Counted from the first letter of the stretch, positions 39,983 through 52,974 are shown. The stretch is DNA of 64,000 nt from Octopus sinensis (GCF_006345805.1 NC_042999.1:37138001-37202000), one strand, 5' to 3'. The notes: generated by a model not told the origin, from the letters alone. Numbers and translations are program-made.

Positions 39983-41199
39983 CAAACTATCAGTCGTGTA
40001 AGAAATTTCCCGTTAAGATTTCTTCAGGCAGAGAATCAAATAATAGGAAAGTTTTTACATGTTGGATAAACACGTACAATTTTGTGGTTCCTATTAGCAA
40101 ATGAAACACGTGTAATGGTGAATCAGTAATACCAAAAAAGTAGAGGGAGAGGGATAGTCGATTACATCAGCCCCACTGCTTAACAGGCACTTTTTTTTAT
40201 CGACCCTGAACTAATGAAAGGCAAAATCGACCTCGGTGGAATTTGAATGAGAACGTAAACCCAGAAGAAGTACCCCTGTAAATGTAAACGTGGGAGAAGT
40301 GCCGTTCGCACCCTGTATATATATGTATGTATATGTATATATATATATGAATATGTGTGTTGAGTGTATGCTTGCATTTTTATGCATATATACATGCTTT
40401 CGTTACACGAAAATGTCACTGATACTCACCACTTATATACTGTTTATTACAGTTTGGCACTTGGATGATATCTCATATTCATTTCCCGATGAATTCTATT
40501 TATTAAACGCAAATAATTAATTTTAAAAAAGCCGTATCAATGCATTTTAAAAATCACTTTCTTTATTCAATATTTCGGTCAACATCCTTTATCCATGAAG
40601 TCAAGGAATTAAACAAATTGAATTTAAAAAATAAACAAATCAAGAAGAAAAAAAATGAAATCGCTCGAAGCGCGAATGAAAAATGCCTGATACATATTCA
40701 TCAGTTAATGCCTGTACAGTGCAGATTCAATGAAGTTGGTGTCAGACATGATTTCAGTGTGCGTAATGTTTATGAAAAGATTCGGAGATACTGGATCTTA
40801 AAAACCTTCAGGGTTTTCATATGCCTGCTATGTGGGTTTCATACCGTGCATCCATGCAAGAAAATGAAAACACAGTCTGCTTGATAAATAAGGACCTTTG
40901 TACAGAAGCTGAGAGTGGTTGTTTAGAAACAGTATAACCACAGTTAAGTTCTATGGAATTCTGCTTCGGTTATATGAGACTCGACGAAAGACTTGCGGAG
41001 TAACTGAAGTTTGTTCCTTAGGATAAGCAAATGTGGCAGAGTTATGTATCCGTTTGTTTGGAAAAACGCACGAGTAGAAAGATATACAGTTAGATAGATA
41101 TACAAAAACATATTTATCCAACACGTAAAAACTTTCCTATTATTTGATTCTCTGCCTGAAGAAATCTTAACAGGAAATTTCTTACACGACTGATAGTTT

Positions 41200-41440
41200 G
41201 TTCCTTCTCGAGCCACGCCTGGCTCATAAGGGCCGGTTTCCAGGTTTCCTTGGCGTATAGGTTCCCCACCTGGTCGGGACGCCGGTCCGTCAGAGGTGAG
41301 CTGCAAGATGCAGGAGGAAAGAGTGAGAGAAAGTTGTGGCAAAAGAGTCAGCAGAAGTTTGCCATTACCTTCTGCCGGAGCCGCGTGGAGCTTAGGTGTT
41401 TTCGCTCATAAACACACATCACCCGGTCTGAGATTCGTAC
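41200..41440 (-). mobile_element. SINE family B2-like
   Basis: Shares the B head/body motif gagaaagttgtggc...ccggagcc.cgtggagc. Confidence 0.7.
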
Positions 41441-41871
41441 ATTCGTGTATATATGTATATTTGTTTATGTGTATGTGTGTGTATGTGTGCGTGCAGACAT
41501 TCATACCCTTAATGTAGTTCCCAGAGAGATTCAGCGTGACAAGCTTGGGTTTTTGAAATACACATACACTACTCATTTTTGCCAGCTGAATGGACTGGAG
41601 CAGCACGAAATAAAGTGGACACAACGCGCCGCTGGTAATTGAACTCACGACCTTACGATCTTGAGCCGAATACCCTAACCACTAAGCCACGTGCATTCGG
41701 AATCCTGTATAAAACGAATTTATTTTAAACGATCATGGAAAGAATTAAAAATAAAAGAATGAAGACGCATTTACTCCTGGTGCAATTTGAAATGATAATG
41801 TAGGGGATTTGGTGATTTCTCTATTTCTGCTGTTTCAATATATTTGCATAATTTAAATGTAGATCTCTAAT

Positions 41872-42634
41872 ACTGATTTCAAATTTTGGCACAAGGCCAT
41901 CAATTTCCGAGGAAGAGCTAAGTCAATCACGTCAACCTAGTGCTCAACTGGTACTTATTTTATCGATCCGTCGGCGAAATTTGAACTCAGGACGTAAAGA
42001 TGGGCCAAATGCTGCTAAGTGTTTCACCCGGCGTGCTAGCGATTTTACCAGCTCACCGTCTTGTAGATCTTTAATATTGCTTTCAAATTTTGGCGCAAGG
42101 CCAGGAATTTTGGGGGAGGGTGCTAGTCGGTTACATCGACTCCAGTGTTCAACTGGTACTTAATTTATCGAACCCTGAATAGATGAAAGGCGATGGAATT
42201 TGAACCCAGAACATGTAGACAGACGAAATACTGCTAAACATTTTGCCCGGCGTGCTAACGATAACCAACTCGCCGCATTCTTTTCTACTCTAAGCACAAG
42301 GCCCGAAATTTTTGGGGGAGTGGGGGGGGGGGGAAGTTGATTAGATCGATCCCCAGTACGCAACTGGTACTTAATTTATCGACTCCGAAAGGATGAAAGG
42401 CAAAGTCGACCTCGGCGGAATTTGAACTCAGAACGTAAAGACACATAATACCGCGAAATGCTTGGTGGTATTTCGTCTGTCTTTACGTTCTGAATTCCAA
42501 TTCCGTCGAGGTAGACTTTGCCTTTCATCCTTTCGGAGTCGATAAATTAAGTACCAGTTGCGTACTGGGGGTCGATCTAATCGACTGCCCCCACTCCCCC
42601 AAACATTTCGGGCCTTGTGCCTAGAGTAGAAAAG
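41872..42634. mobile_element. Cluster of four SINE D copies (three minus, one plus)
   Basis: Copies at ~41872-42060, 42077-42275 and 42278-42445 (minus) and 42452-42634 (plus). Confidence 0.8.
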
Positions 42635-43552
42635 TAGATCTCATAATGACACATGATTATGAATAATGTGTGGCTTAGTGTTTAGGGGTGTCACACTCAT
42701 CATCACAAAATTGTGGTTTCGATTCCTGGACCGAGCGATGCGTTGTGTTCCTGAGTAAAGCACTTCATTTCTCGTTGCTCCAGTTCATACAGCTGGTAAA
42801 AATGAGCCCATAGCTCAAGAAGAACCTCTGTTCCTTATTTTTTCAAAAAATAAAAGATGTACAGAGAGATATTGCCAATTTCATCAACTTTGTTACATAT
42901 CTGTTACTTCTTTTCTCTTTCGAAAGATGAAGCTCGACTCCTGCAATAATTAAACTTAAACGATTCCGATGCAGCTAAATGCTTTATTACAATTCACTGA
43001 GACCAGCGCTGAACCAGTTTTGCCATTTCACTATTTGGTGTACTTTAACTTCAAGGTACTGAGACCACAACTGTACAGACGTAACATGACCAAATGACTA
43101 AATAGCTTCTCAACCACGAGGTCCCAGTTTCGATCTTACTGTGTGGTTTCTTGGATATCTATTGCTAAAATCTAAGCCTTTTTGTGGGAAAATCAGGTGA
43201 ATGGAGTTGTGCGGAAACCTGTCGGATGAACTGTACATGTAATTTTAAGTTAAAACTTTGTAGCGCAGCGTGTCACAGTGTTTCTGTTTGAAGATTACTC
43301 TGGAACACCGAATTGACTTATAAGTGGCTGACAGTTCTATCTGTCGGCGGAATACTCAGGCACTTATACGCTAATCATTCAGTGATTGAACAGCTGAATA
43401 TTCATCGTCGAAACAGACTGGGATCCGTTTGCAAATGTTTTCATTCTACTGCTAAACATATTTTAACTACAAAGCACTAGTCCAACATTGTACTGTTTTC
43501 GCCATTCTGCTTGCTTTAACTATTGACTTATAATGTTGGTACAAAAGCTTTG

Positions 43553-43944
43553 GTGGAGGCGCAATGGCCCAGTGGTTAGGGCAGCGGACTCGCGGTCGGA
43601 GGATCGCGGTTTCGATTCCCAGACCGGGCGTTGTGAGTGTTTATTGAGCGAAAACACCTAAAAAAGCTCCACGAGGCTCCGGCAGGGGATGGTGGTGATC
43701 CCTGCTGTTCTCTTTCACCACAACTTTCTCTCACTCTTACTTCCTGTTTCTGTTGTACCTGTATTTCAAGGGGCCGGCCTTGTCACTCTCTGTGTCACGC
43801 TGAATATCCCCGAGAACTACGTTAAGGGTACACGTGTCTGTGGAATGCTCAGCCACTTACACGTTAATTTCACGAGCAGGCTGCTCCGTTGATTCGGATC
43901 AACCGGAACCCTCATCGTCGTAACCGACGGAGTGCTTCCATTCC
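43553..43944 (+). mobile_element. SINE family B with 105-bp TSD
   Basis: Full length; identical 105-bp flanks at 43448-43552 and 43945-44049. Confidence 0.92.
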
Positions 43945-44234
43945 ACTGCTAAACATATTTTAACTACAAAGCACTAGTCCAACATTGTACTGTTTTCGCC
44001 ATTCTGCTTGCTTTAACTATTGACTTATAATGTTGGTACAAAAGCTTTGACTAGCGCAGTCGATTAGAAGTACAGTTGATTGAATCAATCTCAGTATATT
44101 ACTGAAACTTCTACAAAGGGAAGTCAACCTCTAACAAAATTTAAGCTCTTAAGGTAAATGGCTGTTATTAAATATTGCAGAATATTTTATCCGGCACTCC
44201 ACTGATTCTGCTTTTCCATTTCTCATCATAGATA

Positions 44235-44450
44235 TTGGTTTCAAATTTTGGTACATGAACAGCAATTTTGGGATAGGTGTACGTCGATTATATCGACCCC
44301 TAGTGCTCAACTGGTACCCTTTTTATCAACCCCAAAAGGGATGAAAGACAAAGTCGACCTCGATGGCATTTGAGCTCAGAATGTGAAGACGGACGAAATG
44401 TCGCTAAGCATTTTGCCTGGCGTGCTAGCGATTCCACTAGCTCGTCGCCT
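44235..44450 (-). mobile_element. SINE family D variant
   Basis: Core similarity to the D copies. Confidence 0.75.
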
Positions 44451-44499
44451 TGTTCATCATCATAGATATTGATTTCACATGGTTAGAATTTTATTTTTC

Positions 44500-44882
44500 C
44501 TTTTGTCTTTTACTGATTCCGTCATTAAACTGAAGCCATGCTGGGGCGCTACCTTGAAGAATTTTGGTCGTAACGAGTCGATCCCAGTACTTCTTTTTTG
44601 TAAGACTATTACTTATTCTACCTGTTTGCTTTGCTGAACCGCTAAGTTACGGGAACGTAAACGCACCAGCACCGGTTGTCAGGCTGTGGTGGAAGACAAA
44701 CACAGACTCAAAGACACACACACACACACGCACGGCGGGCTTCTTTCAGTTTTCGACTACTAAGTCCATTCACAAATCTTTGGTCGGCTCGAGGCTATAA
44801 TAGAAGACACCTGCCCACGATGTTACGCAGCGGGACAGGACCCAGAGCCATGTGGTTGTGAAGCAAACTTCTTATCACACAT
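44500..44882 (-). mobile_element. Diverged SINE family A
   Basis: Body similarity to the A copies. Confidence 0.7.
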
Positions 44883-44895
44883 CCACCTATTATAT

Positions 44896-45444
44896 TTCTT
44901 TTTTTCGCCCTTTTCAAGCCTAGCCAGGCTCATGGGCCCGGTTTCCTGGTTTCTGTGACGCATGTGTTCCCCCCAGCTGGACGGGACGCCAGTCTATCGT
45001 AGCGTTACTCAAGAAACAGGAAGAGAGCGTGAGAGAAAGTTGTGGCGAAAGAGTACAACAGGCCTCGCCCCCTGCCGGAGCCTCGTGGAGCTTTTAGGTG
45101 TTTTCGCTCAATAAACACACACAACGCCCGGTCTGGGAATCGAAACCGCGATCCTCCGACCGCGAGTCCGCTGCCCTAACCACTGGGCCATTGCGCCTCC
45201 ACAAACGCGCCCTTTTAAAGCCTCATGGACCCGGTTTCCCGGTTTCTATGGCGTATGTGTTCCCCAGCTGGACGGGACGCCAGTCCATCGCAGCGTTACT
45301 CATTTTTGCCAGCTGATTGGATTGGAGCAACGTGAAATGAAGTGTTTTGCTCAAGAACACAACGCGTCGCCCAGTCCAGGAATCGAAACCACAATCTTAC
45401 GATCATGATACTGACAGCCTAACCACTAAGCCACGCGCCTCCAC
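44896..45444 (-). mobile_element. Composite SINE: family C (45444-45206) followed by family B2 (45202-44896)
   Basis: Two tRNA-like heads in tandem; a single 13-bp TSD ccacctattatat at 44883-44895 and 45445-45457. Confidence 0.85.
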
Positions 45445-47901
45445 CCACCTATTATATAAGGTTATATAATTGATTTGATCGCCGACAGTATTTGGCTGTT
45501 ACTTTACTTCATTGAGTTTGAGAAGATAAGTTGAACTTAACGGAGATTGAGCTCTGACTGAACATAATGAATGTCCAGTAACGAAAATAATTTTGTGCGA
45601 TACTCAAACGATTCTTTTGTTGCCCCTAGTGGGTAATAAAGAAATGACTCAAACGATTCTTTCCAGTCTGAATCATACACTCTATTGTTCTCTTACGTAG
45701 ACACAAGGTCTCGTGCTTTTGGTGGAAGAAAGGAACAGTGAATTATATCAAGCCCAGTACATAACATGTACTATATTTAACCAATCCCGTGTTTGTGTGT
45801 GTGTGTGTGTGTGTGTCTGTGTGTGTTGAAAAGCAGAGTGGTTCTTGACGGAAACTGAATTCAGAACGGGTTGTAACTAAATGCTGAAAGTAGATTTGTT
45901 CGACGCGCTGACGATTCCAGCAATCCACGTAACATATTTTAGGTATTGAGGACACTAAAAGTACTTACTGAAACAGTGGTTAACTAGTGCGAGGAAAGCT
46001 ATAAAAACATTATATGTTGGCCTTATATTTCAATAAAATCTTTTTATTTTTCTTTCCAGATAATCTCCTCTTTTCTTTCAATTGCTGTTCTTTCTGTTGA
46101 ATGTTATGCTGGCGTTTTCTTATCTTCACATTTAACATTTATTGTTTTGTGCTGAAAACTAAAATAAAACAAAATATATGAAGTTAGCAAAAACCGAAAT
46201 GTATTGCCTTTGAGATTAGAACTCAGATATGTTAGATAAACATATCATTCAGAAGTGTGGGAGGGATATGACACTTGCACATGGTGTCTGTTCCTGAAGC
46301 CTGTTCAGAGTATTGATATGATACTGTTGAAGAGAATAAAGAAAGACTTCACGCTGGGGTAAGTTGTTTTGTAGCTTTTAAAGAATTCTAGCAATGTGTC
46401 AGAGCAGATCTGTTACAATATTTGATAAATTTCACAAGGGGAAAAAGGCAAACTATATTGTGAAGCCATTACATGTGCCTTATCTTAAATTGGTTATTTA
46501 CACAGTAGTTCAAATTTGGTGTGGTTTCAACCACCTTCATGATTGAAATTGCTTGCTTTCTCTTTAGAATTATGTGCTTTATCTTTGAGTTAAATGTTCA
46601 ACTTTGGCGCAGTTTAATCCACAAACTGGGACTGAACTAGTTTCATCCCTGGTTCTTTGGAGTCAAATTTGATGAAGTTGACTAGTTAACGAACACTGTA
46701 AAAATCTCGAGTATTAGAGAAAGGGAAGTGGAAAAACAATATGGCAAATGAAATAGGTTCATCAAGGAAATAAACAAGGTCGCATATTATATGACAGGAA
46801 TAAGTAATAGAAGCGCAGGAATGGCTTATTTGAAAATTAGAAATAGTTGTAATAGTAGCGGCAATGACACTGGTTTTGAATCTCTGATCGTCGTCCTCGG
46901 AGATCAGGGTATCTCTTTCGGTCGAGTCGCTATTTCACTGCATTGAGAGGCCACAACTCTGGCACTACGGATATGTAATTAGATTGTCGCAGGAAAAAAA
47001 TTGCGGGATGGATTCTCCAAGTCCAGCCAACCTGCAGGAAACCTAGGGGTAGGCTAAGAACAAGATGGTTGGATAATATTGTCCTGTACTTTTCCAGGTT
47101 TATAATATTAAGGATTTTATTTCTCTTACTCGCATTTTCCCATGTAATCCCATGTTTTTTCCAGGCTATGCTATTATACTAATTAATGATGTGTCAAATG
47201 TGTCAATTAGCGATGTCGCTGATAATTTTTTCCTTAGCTCAATGACGCCGGTGTCATATATTAAAAGTCCCCTTATAGAACTATATTCATAAAAGGTATA
47301 AAACTATATCATCACCCTCAAATTTGAGAAACTAACACTCATAACATTTTTCTTTTAAAACTTCATTGCATGAGATTGATACCATGAAATTCCTCAAATT
47401 GAGCTCTATCATTTAAGCTTAATTAAAATATAGATTGTTTTTATTATAAAAAGTTAATAATACTTAGATTTAATTTTTTGCCTTATATATTTTTTCATGA
47501 TATTTTATCTCAGAACTTTTTTGGTATAAATTTTTGTTGCATGGGAACAAAACTATGAAATTCTTTATGCTTTCTTCTCTCATTGAAGCTAAGATAAATA
47601 TATTTTGCTTTTCAAAAAAAAAAAAAAAAGAAGTTATTTAGATCTAAACAATGAATAACTCTTGGAACGTATGAGTGATTGTAAATAGATAAATACATAA
47701 AAATGAAGAGATAGACGAAGATAGGCTATATATGAAATAGAGCAAAAACGTTGACTATATCTGTGCGTGTAAGAGTACAAATGTAAGAAGTCAATAAGGT
47801 GTAAGTGGGTTTTTGAAATAATATCATGTTGTGTTGTCAAACTTAGGTATTCGTCTATCAAGCTGCATTACAGTTTCTTTTATAGGCATAGAGGTTACAG
47901 T

Positions 47902-48288
47902 GTGGAGGTGCAATGGCCCAGTGGTTAGGGCAGCGGACTTGCGGTCGTAGGTTCGCGGTTTCGATTCCCAGACCGGGCGTTGTGAGTGTTTATTGAGCGA
48001 AAGCACCTAAAAGCTCCACGAGGCTCCGGCAGGGGATGGTGGTGATCCCTGCTGTACTCTTTCACCACAACTTTCTCTCACTCTTACTTCCTGTTTCTGT
48101 TATACCTGTATTTCAAAGGGCCGGCCTTGTCACTCTCTGTGTCACGCTGAATATCCCCGAGAACTACGTTAAGGGTGCACGTGTCTGTGGAGTGCTCAGC
48201 CACTTACACGTTAATTTCACGAGCAGGCTGTTCCGTTGAGTCGGATCAACCGGAACCCTCATCGTCGTAACCGACGGAGTGCTTCCCC
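47902..48288 (+). mobile_element. SINE family B
   Basis: 12-bp TSD agaggttacagt at 47890-47901 and 48289-48300. Confidence 0.9.
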
Positions 48289-48503
48289 AGAGGTTACAGT
48301 ATCAATTTCCAGCTGTTCTTTTAGTTCACGACACGCATTCAGTTGTGATTGCTTTTGGTCTTCCGTGAACAAGTGCAACACAAATTTCGCTGCAACTCTT
48401 ATCATTCGCTATTCCTGCCTCAAAAATTCGTTGGCAGCAGCTGCAGGACACACCAGTCATATCAACCGGTTCGTCAATTATTCGGTGACGTCAATTATTC
48501 GGT

Positions 48504-48905
48504 AGGAGTGGCTGTGTGGTAAGTAGCCTGCTTACGAACCACATGGTTTCGGGTTCAGTCCCACTGCGTGGAACCTTGGGCAAGTGTCTTCTACTGTAGC
48601 CTTGGGCCAACCAAAGTCTTGTGAGTGGATTTGGTAGACGGAAACTGAAAGAAGCCCGTCGTATATGTGTACATGTATGTATATGTGTATGTGTGTATGT
48701 ATGCTTGTGTGTCTGTGTTTGTCCCCCCAGCATCGCTGGACAACCGATGCTGGTGTGTTTACGTCCCCGTAACTTAGCGGCTCGGCAAAAGATACCGATG
48801 GAATAAGTACTAGGCTTACACAGAATAAGTCCTGAGGTCGATGTGCTCGACTAAAGGCGGTGCTCCCTCATGGCCACAGTCAAATGACTGAAACAAGTAA
48901 AGGAG
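48504..48905 (+). mobile_element. SINE family A
   Basis: Near full length. Confidence 0.85.
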
Positions 48906-49307
48906 TATGTGTTCATTTGTTCGAGAGGTCGACGGTCCCCCTGAACGAGGTTGGTCTTCAAGTGACAAATGATCATTCCTAAAGCGCGAAAACCATTCGT
49001 AAACTTGCGTGTAGCTCATGGCAGCGTCCTTGTAAGCTGTTTGAAGCATGACAACTGTTTCGGCCGCCGTTTTTCCCAGAAGAAAGCAGAATTTCACGGA
49101 AGCACGCTGTTCCTTCGCTTCAGCCATCGCAAAAATCGACGAAATACGAGAAAAGCACTACAAAACAAAGATGCACAACGTGGCAATACGACCTCACTCG
49201 CCAGTAGCAACTGATGCCTGAGGGCCGCATCAAGTGGCTGCTAGTGTAGAAGCCTGAACTACAACTGGCTTGTTCTACATAGAACGTTACTTTTGGGTAC
49301 CTCCTCG
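48906..49307 (-). mobile_element. Mariner 5' fragment (TIR plus HTH region)
   Basis: ta|cgaggaggtacccaaaagtaac TIR; MAEAKEQRASVKFCFLLGKTAAET...VYEWFSRF..SLEDQPRSG at 49127-48906. Confidence 0.85.
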
Positions 49308-49379
<72 letters not shown>

Positions 49380-49380
<1 letters not shown>

Positions 49381-49565
49381 TTTCCGCCCTTTTCAAGCTT
49401 AGCCATGCTCATGGGCCCAGTTTCCCGGTTTCTTTGGTGTATGTGTTCCCCCCAGCTGGACAGGACGCTAGTCCATCGCAGCGTTACCCAAGAAACAGGA
49501 AGAGAGAGTGAGCGAAAGTTGTAGCGAAAGAGTACCACCCCTGCCGGAGCCTCGTGGAGCTTTTG
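49380..49565 (-). mobile_element. SINE family B2 3' part
   Basis: Matches 44900-45095. Confidence 0.75.
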
Positions 49566-49875
49566 GGTGATCATTTTTGTCGAACCTCTAAGTTACGGGA
49601 ACGTAAACACACTAACACCGGTTGTCAAGCAGTAGTGGCGGACAGAGAGGGATAAAGGCACACACTCAGACACACACACACATCCACGTACACATACACT
49701 CACACACACACACACACACCACACACACACACACACAACACACACACACACACACACAGAGGAAGGTGAATGAAAAGGTAATGTAATTTTCATCATAAGA
49801 GGCGTAGTATTTAATGAAATTATTCAGTATTTAGTATAGATGTAAAGGCACATATAGCTGCAACATTCACACACA

Positions 49876-49926
<51 letters not shown>

Positions 49927-50044
49927 ACACACACACATACACACACACACACAAACAAACAAACAACAACAACAACTGAACAAGTGTTAACAATGATAAA
50001 GATTTAGACTACAGATATATTTGGAGATGGGCTGTCTGAATTAA

Positions 50045-50300
50045 AATTTCGGCAATTTCAACCAATCAATGACGTCCATTGAGGTAAACAACATTCTGTG
50101 CCGTATGAATATGTCCCTCGTTTAAGAAACAGATTGGGTTTATTTACATTTGTGAAGAAAAAAAGATACCCTTCCTCCCACCCCTAACCCTAACCCTAAA
50201 ACAGATTAAAATGCAATAGATCGATACTAGGGTCATAATTATGGGTGACAATTTCATATGACACCGCTAGAAAAAACTGCCGTTCAAACCGAAAAGATCC
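50045..50300 (-). mobile_element. Merlin-like MITE, truncated inverted copy
   Basis: Reverse complement of the first ~255 bp of 34853-35272. Confidence 0.85.
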
Positions 50301-50670
50301 CCGTTTTCTAATACTCGCTGTTGCCCAAAATACTCGCTGCAAGTCAAAATGAATTGGGAAATTCAAGCATAGCACACATGCTTCGTGGCTGTCTGTTGAC
50401 TTTGAAAGATAGCATCAGAACTTGGAATTAACCATGACAGTATTCAAAACTAGAAATATCACATTTCTAAATGTCTCAAAGAGACATGAGCGGTGGTGGA
50501 GCAATAGAGTGGTTGTATACTGTCAACATAACGTGACAGTCCCGTAAGGGAATTACATCACCGCTGTTTAGTCCTAGGAGGCATCGACACTTCCTGTCGG
50601 CTTTGACACATCTCCTGTGTCCTTATATTTGCGAAGGGGAGGCAAGCACCCCCACCAGGTAGGATTCACA

Positions 50671-50717
50671 CCTGAAGACATGCATGTTTCTGGGTCTTAA
50701 CCCGTCATCAGTCCAGG
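50671..50717 (-). ncRNA. Minimal type I hammerhead ribozyme, canonical core
   Basis: CCUGGA CUGAUGA C GGGU UAAG ACCC A GAAA CAUGCAU GUC UUCAGG: stem I 6 bp with one GU, stem II 4 bp, palindromic stem III, GUC site. Confidence 0.82.
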
Positions 50718-50733
50718 ATAGTGAGATCTGCTG

Positions 50734-50779
50734 CTGGGCTGATAACGGGTTAAGACCCAGAAACATGCATGTCCTCAGG
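50734..50779 (+). ncRNA. Hammerhead ribozyme copy with G8A change (probably impaired)
   Basis: CUGGG CUGAUAA C GGGU UAAG ACCC A GAAA CAUGCAU GUC CUCAG(G). Confidence 0.6.
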
Positions 50780-51218
50780 TGTGAATCCTAGCTGGTGGGG
50801 GTGCTTGCCTCCCCTTCACAAATATAAGGACACAGGAAATGTGTCGAAACCGACAGGAAGCGTCGATGCTTCCTAGGGCTAAACAGCGGTGAGGTAATTC
50901 CCTTACAGGACTGTCACGTTATGCTGACAGTATACAACCACTCTAGTATTCAAAACGTTATTGAGTTATTTGGATATTCAAAAGTTTGTGTTCGCTAGGT
51001 ACCAACACAACAGATAGACGAGCCCTGGACTGAAAGAGTTAACGAGTGCACTGAAAACCTTGAACTCAGTGAAACAAACACCTTCTTTCAAAGGGTCATA
51101 ACTGGTGACGAAACTGGATTCATCATTACGGACCACGTTGTTGATAAGCAATCTTCTGACCACACAACCACGCTAATGCTGTCCATACACATGGGCAACA
51201 GCGTGTATTAGAAAACGG

Positions 51219-51635
51219 GGATCTTTTCGGTTTGAACGGCAGTTTTTTCTAGCGGTGTCATATGAAATTGTCACCCATAATTATGACCCTAGTATCGATC
51301 TATTACATTTCAATCTGTTTTAGGGTTAGGGTTAGGGATGGGGGGAAGGGTATCTTTTTTCTTCACAAATGTAAATAAACCCAATTTGTTTCTTAAACGA
51401 GGGACATATTCATACGGCACAGAATGTTGTTTACCTCAATGGACGTCATTGATTGGTTGAAATTGCAGAAATTGCAGAAAAAAAACAACAAATATCTTAC
51501 AAACTATAGAATTTTCTCAATAAAGCCAAGAGAAAAAGATGTTTTTATAAACACATTCTACCAGTATACGAAGTTTAAAATTTTTTAGTTACCTAGAAAT
51601 TATGTTAAAAGCTGCCGTTCAAACTGAAAAGATCC
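51219..51635. mobile_element. Merlin-like MITE, full length, no matching TSD
   Basis: Both TIRs present; left flank agaaaacgg, right flank atgttttt. Confidence 0.85.
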
Positions 51636-52040
51636 ATGTTTTTCATCATAAATAACCAACACCAAATATCAGCAGTGAATATTTCAGTTAAATGTTCGTG
51701 ACAGGAAAAGACAGGAAAACTACAGGTTTTAAGCCTTTCATTGTGGAATTTTATGTGAATATATCTTGTTTATTTTGTACAGCCCGCTCCCCCAACATAA
51801 ATATACGTCGACCTGATATGTTTTATAGTTTGTTGACCACTCCTCTGAAGACAATTTGCCAACACTTTTCTGCCTACCGAAGAGAGCGCATAACAAGTTG
51901 CAATTTATATCAATAACAAACTAGAACTCAGCTATAATATTGAGGCTAATTTACGTATTTGTTGGCGGCATGATTAAATAGCAAATAAATATTTGTGCGC
52001 TACACAATGTGTATCAGAAAAGCTAAGATAAATTTAATCT

Positions 52041-52461
52041 AGGCGCAGGAGTGGCTGTGTGGTAAGTAGCTTGCTAACCAACCACATGGTTCCGGGTTCA
52101 GTCCCACTGCGTGGCATCTTGGGCAAGTGTCTTCTGCTATAGCCCCGGGCCGACCAATGCCTTGTGAGTGGATTTGGTAGACGGAAACTGAAAGAAGCCT
52201 GTCGTATATATGTATATATATATATGTGTGAATGTGTGTGTTTGTGTGTCTGTGTTTGTCCCCCTAGCATTGCTTGACAGCCGATGCTGGTGTGTTTACG
52301 TCCCCGTCACTTAGCGGTTCGGCAAAAGAGACCGATAGAATAAGTACTGGGCTTACAAAGAATAAGTCCCGGGGTCGATTTGCTCGACTAAAGGCGGTGC
52401 TCCAGCATGGCCGCAGTCAAATGACTGAAACAAGTAAAAAGAGTAAAAAGAAAAGAGTAAA
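52041..52461 (+). mobile_element. SINE family A (young subfamily)
   Basis: Full length; nearly identical to 21646-22060. Confidence 0.9.
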
Positions 52462-52496
52462 GTATATGTATGTATGTATGTATGTATATATGATTT

Positions 52497-52689
52497 TATT
52501 CTTTTACTTGTTTCAGTCATTTGACTGCGACCATGCTGGAGCACCGCCTTTCGTCGAGCGACCAGGTCTTATTCTTTGTAAGGCCTAGTACTAATTCTAT
52601 CGATCTGTTTTGCCGAATCGGTAAGTTACGGGGACATAAACACACCAGCATCAGTTGCCAAGCGATGTTGGGGGAACAAACACAGACAC

Positions 52690-52750
<61 letters not shown>

Positions 52751-52763
52751 TACATACATACAT

Positions 52764-52802
<39 letters not shown>

Positions 52803-52974
52803 CAGATATATATATACATACATATATACGACGAGCTTCTTTCAGTTTCCGTCTACCAAATCTACTCACAATGCTATAGTAGAAGACACTTGCCCAAGGT
52901 GCCACGCAGTGGGACTGGACCCGGAACAATGTGATTGGAAAGCAAGCTACTTACCACGCAGCCACTCCTGCGCC
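52497..52974 (-). mobile_element. SINE family A
   Basis: Full length, tail-to-tail with the previous copy. Confidence 0.85.

Larger units (their letters stand above)
50451..50944. mobile_element. Fold-back insertion of a ribozyme-bearing repeat
   Basis: 212-bp arms at 50505-50716 and 50734-50945 (about 14 mismatches by eye), 17-nt loop, 12-bp direct repeat agtattcaaaac at 50439-50450 and 50945-50956. Confidence 0.8.

Noticed and set aside
43553-43630. tRNA-like sequences with A/B boxes
   Set aside because: They are SINE heads with body, tail and TSD, not stand-alone tRNA genes.
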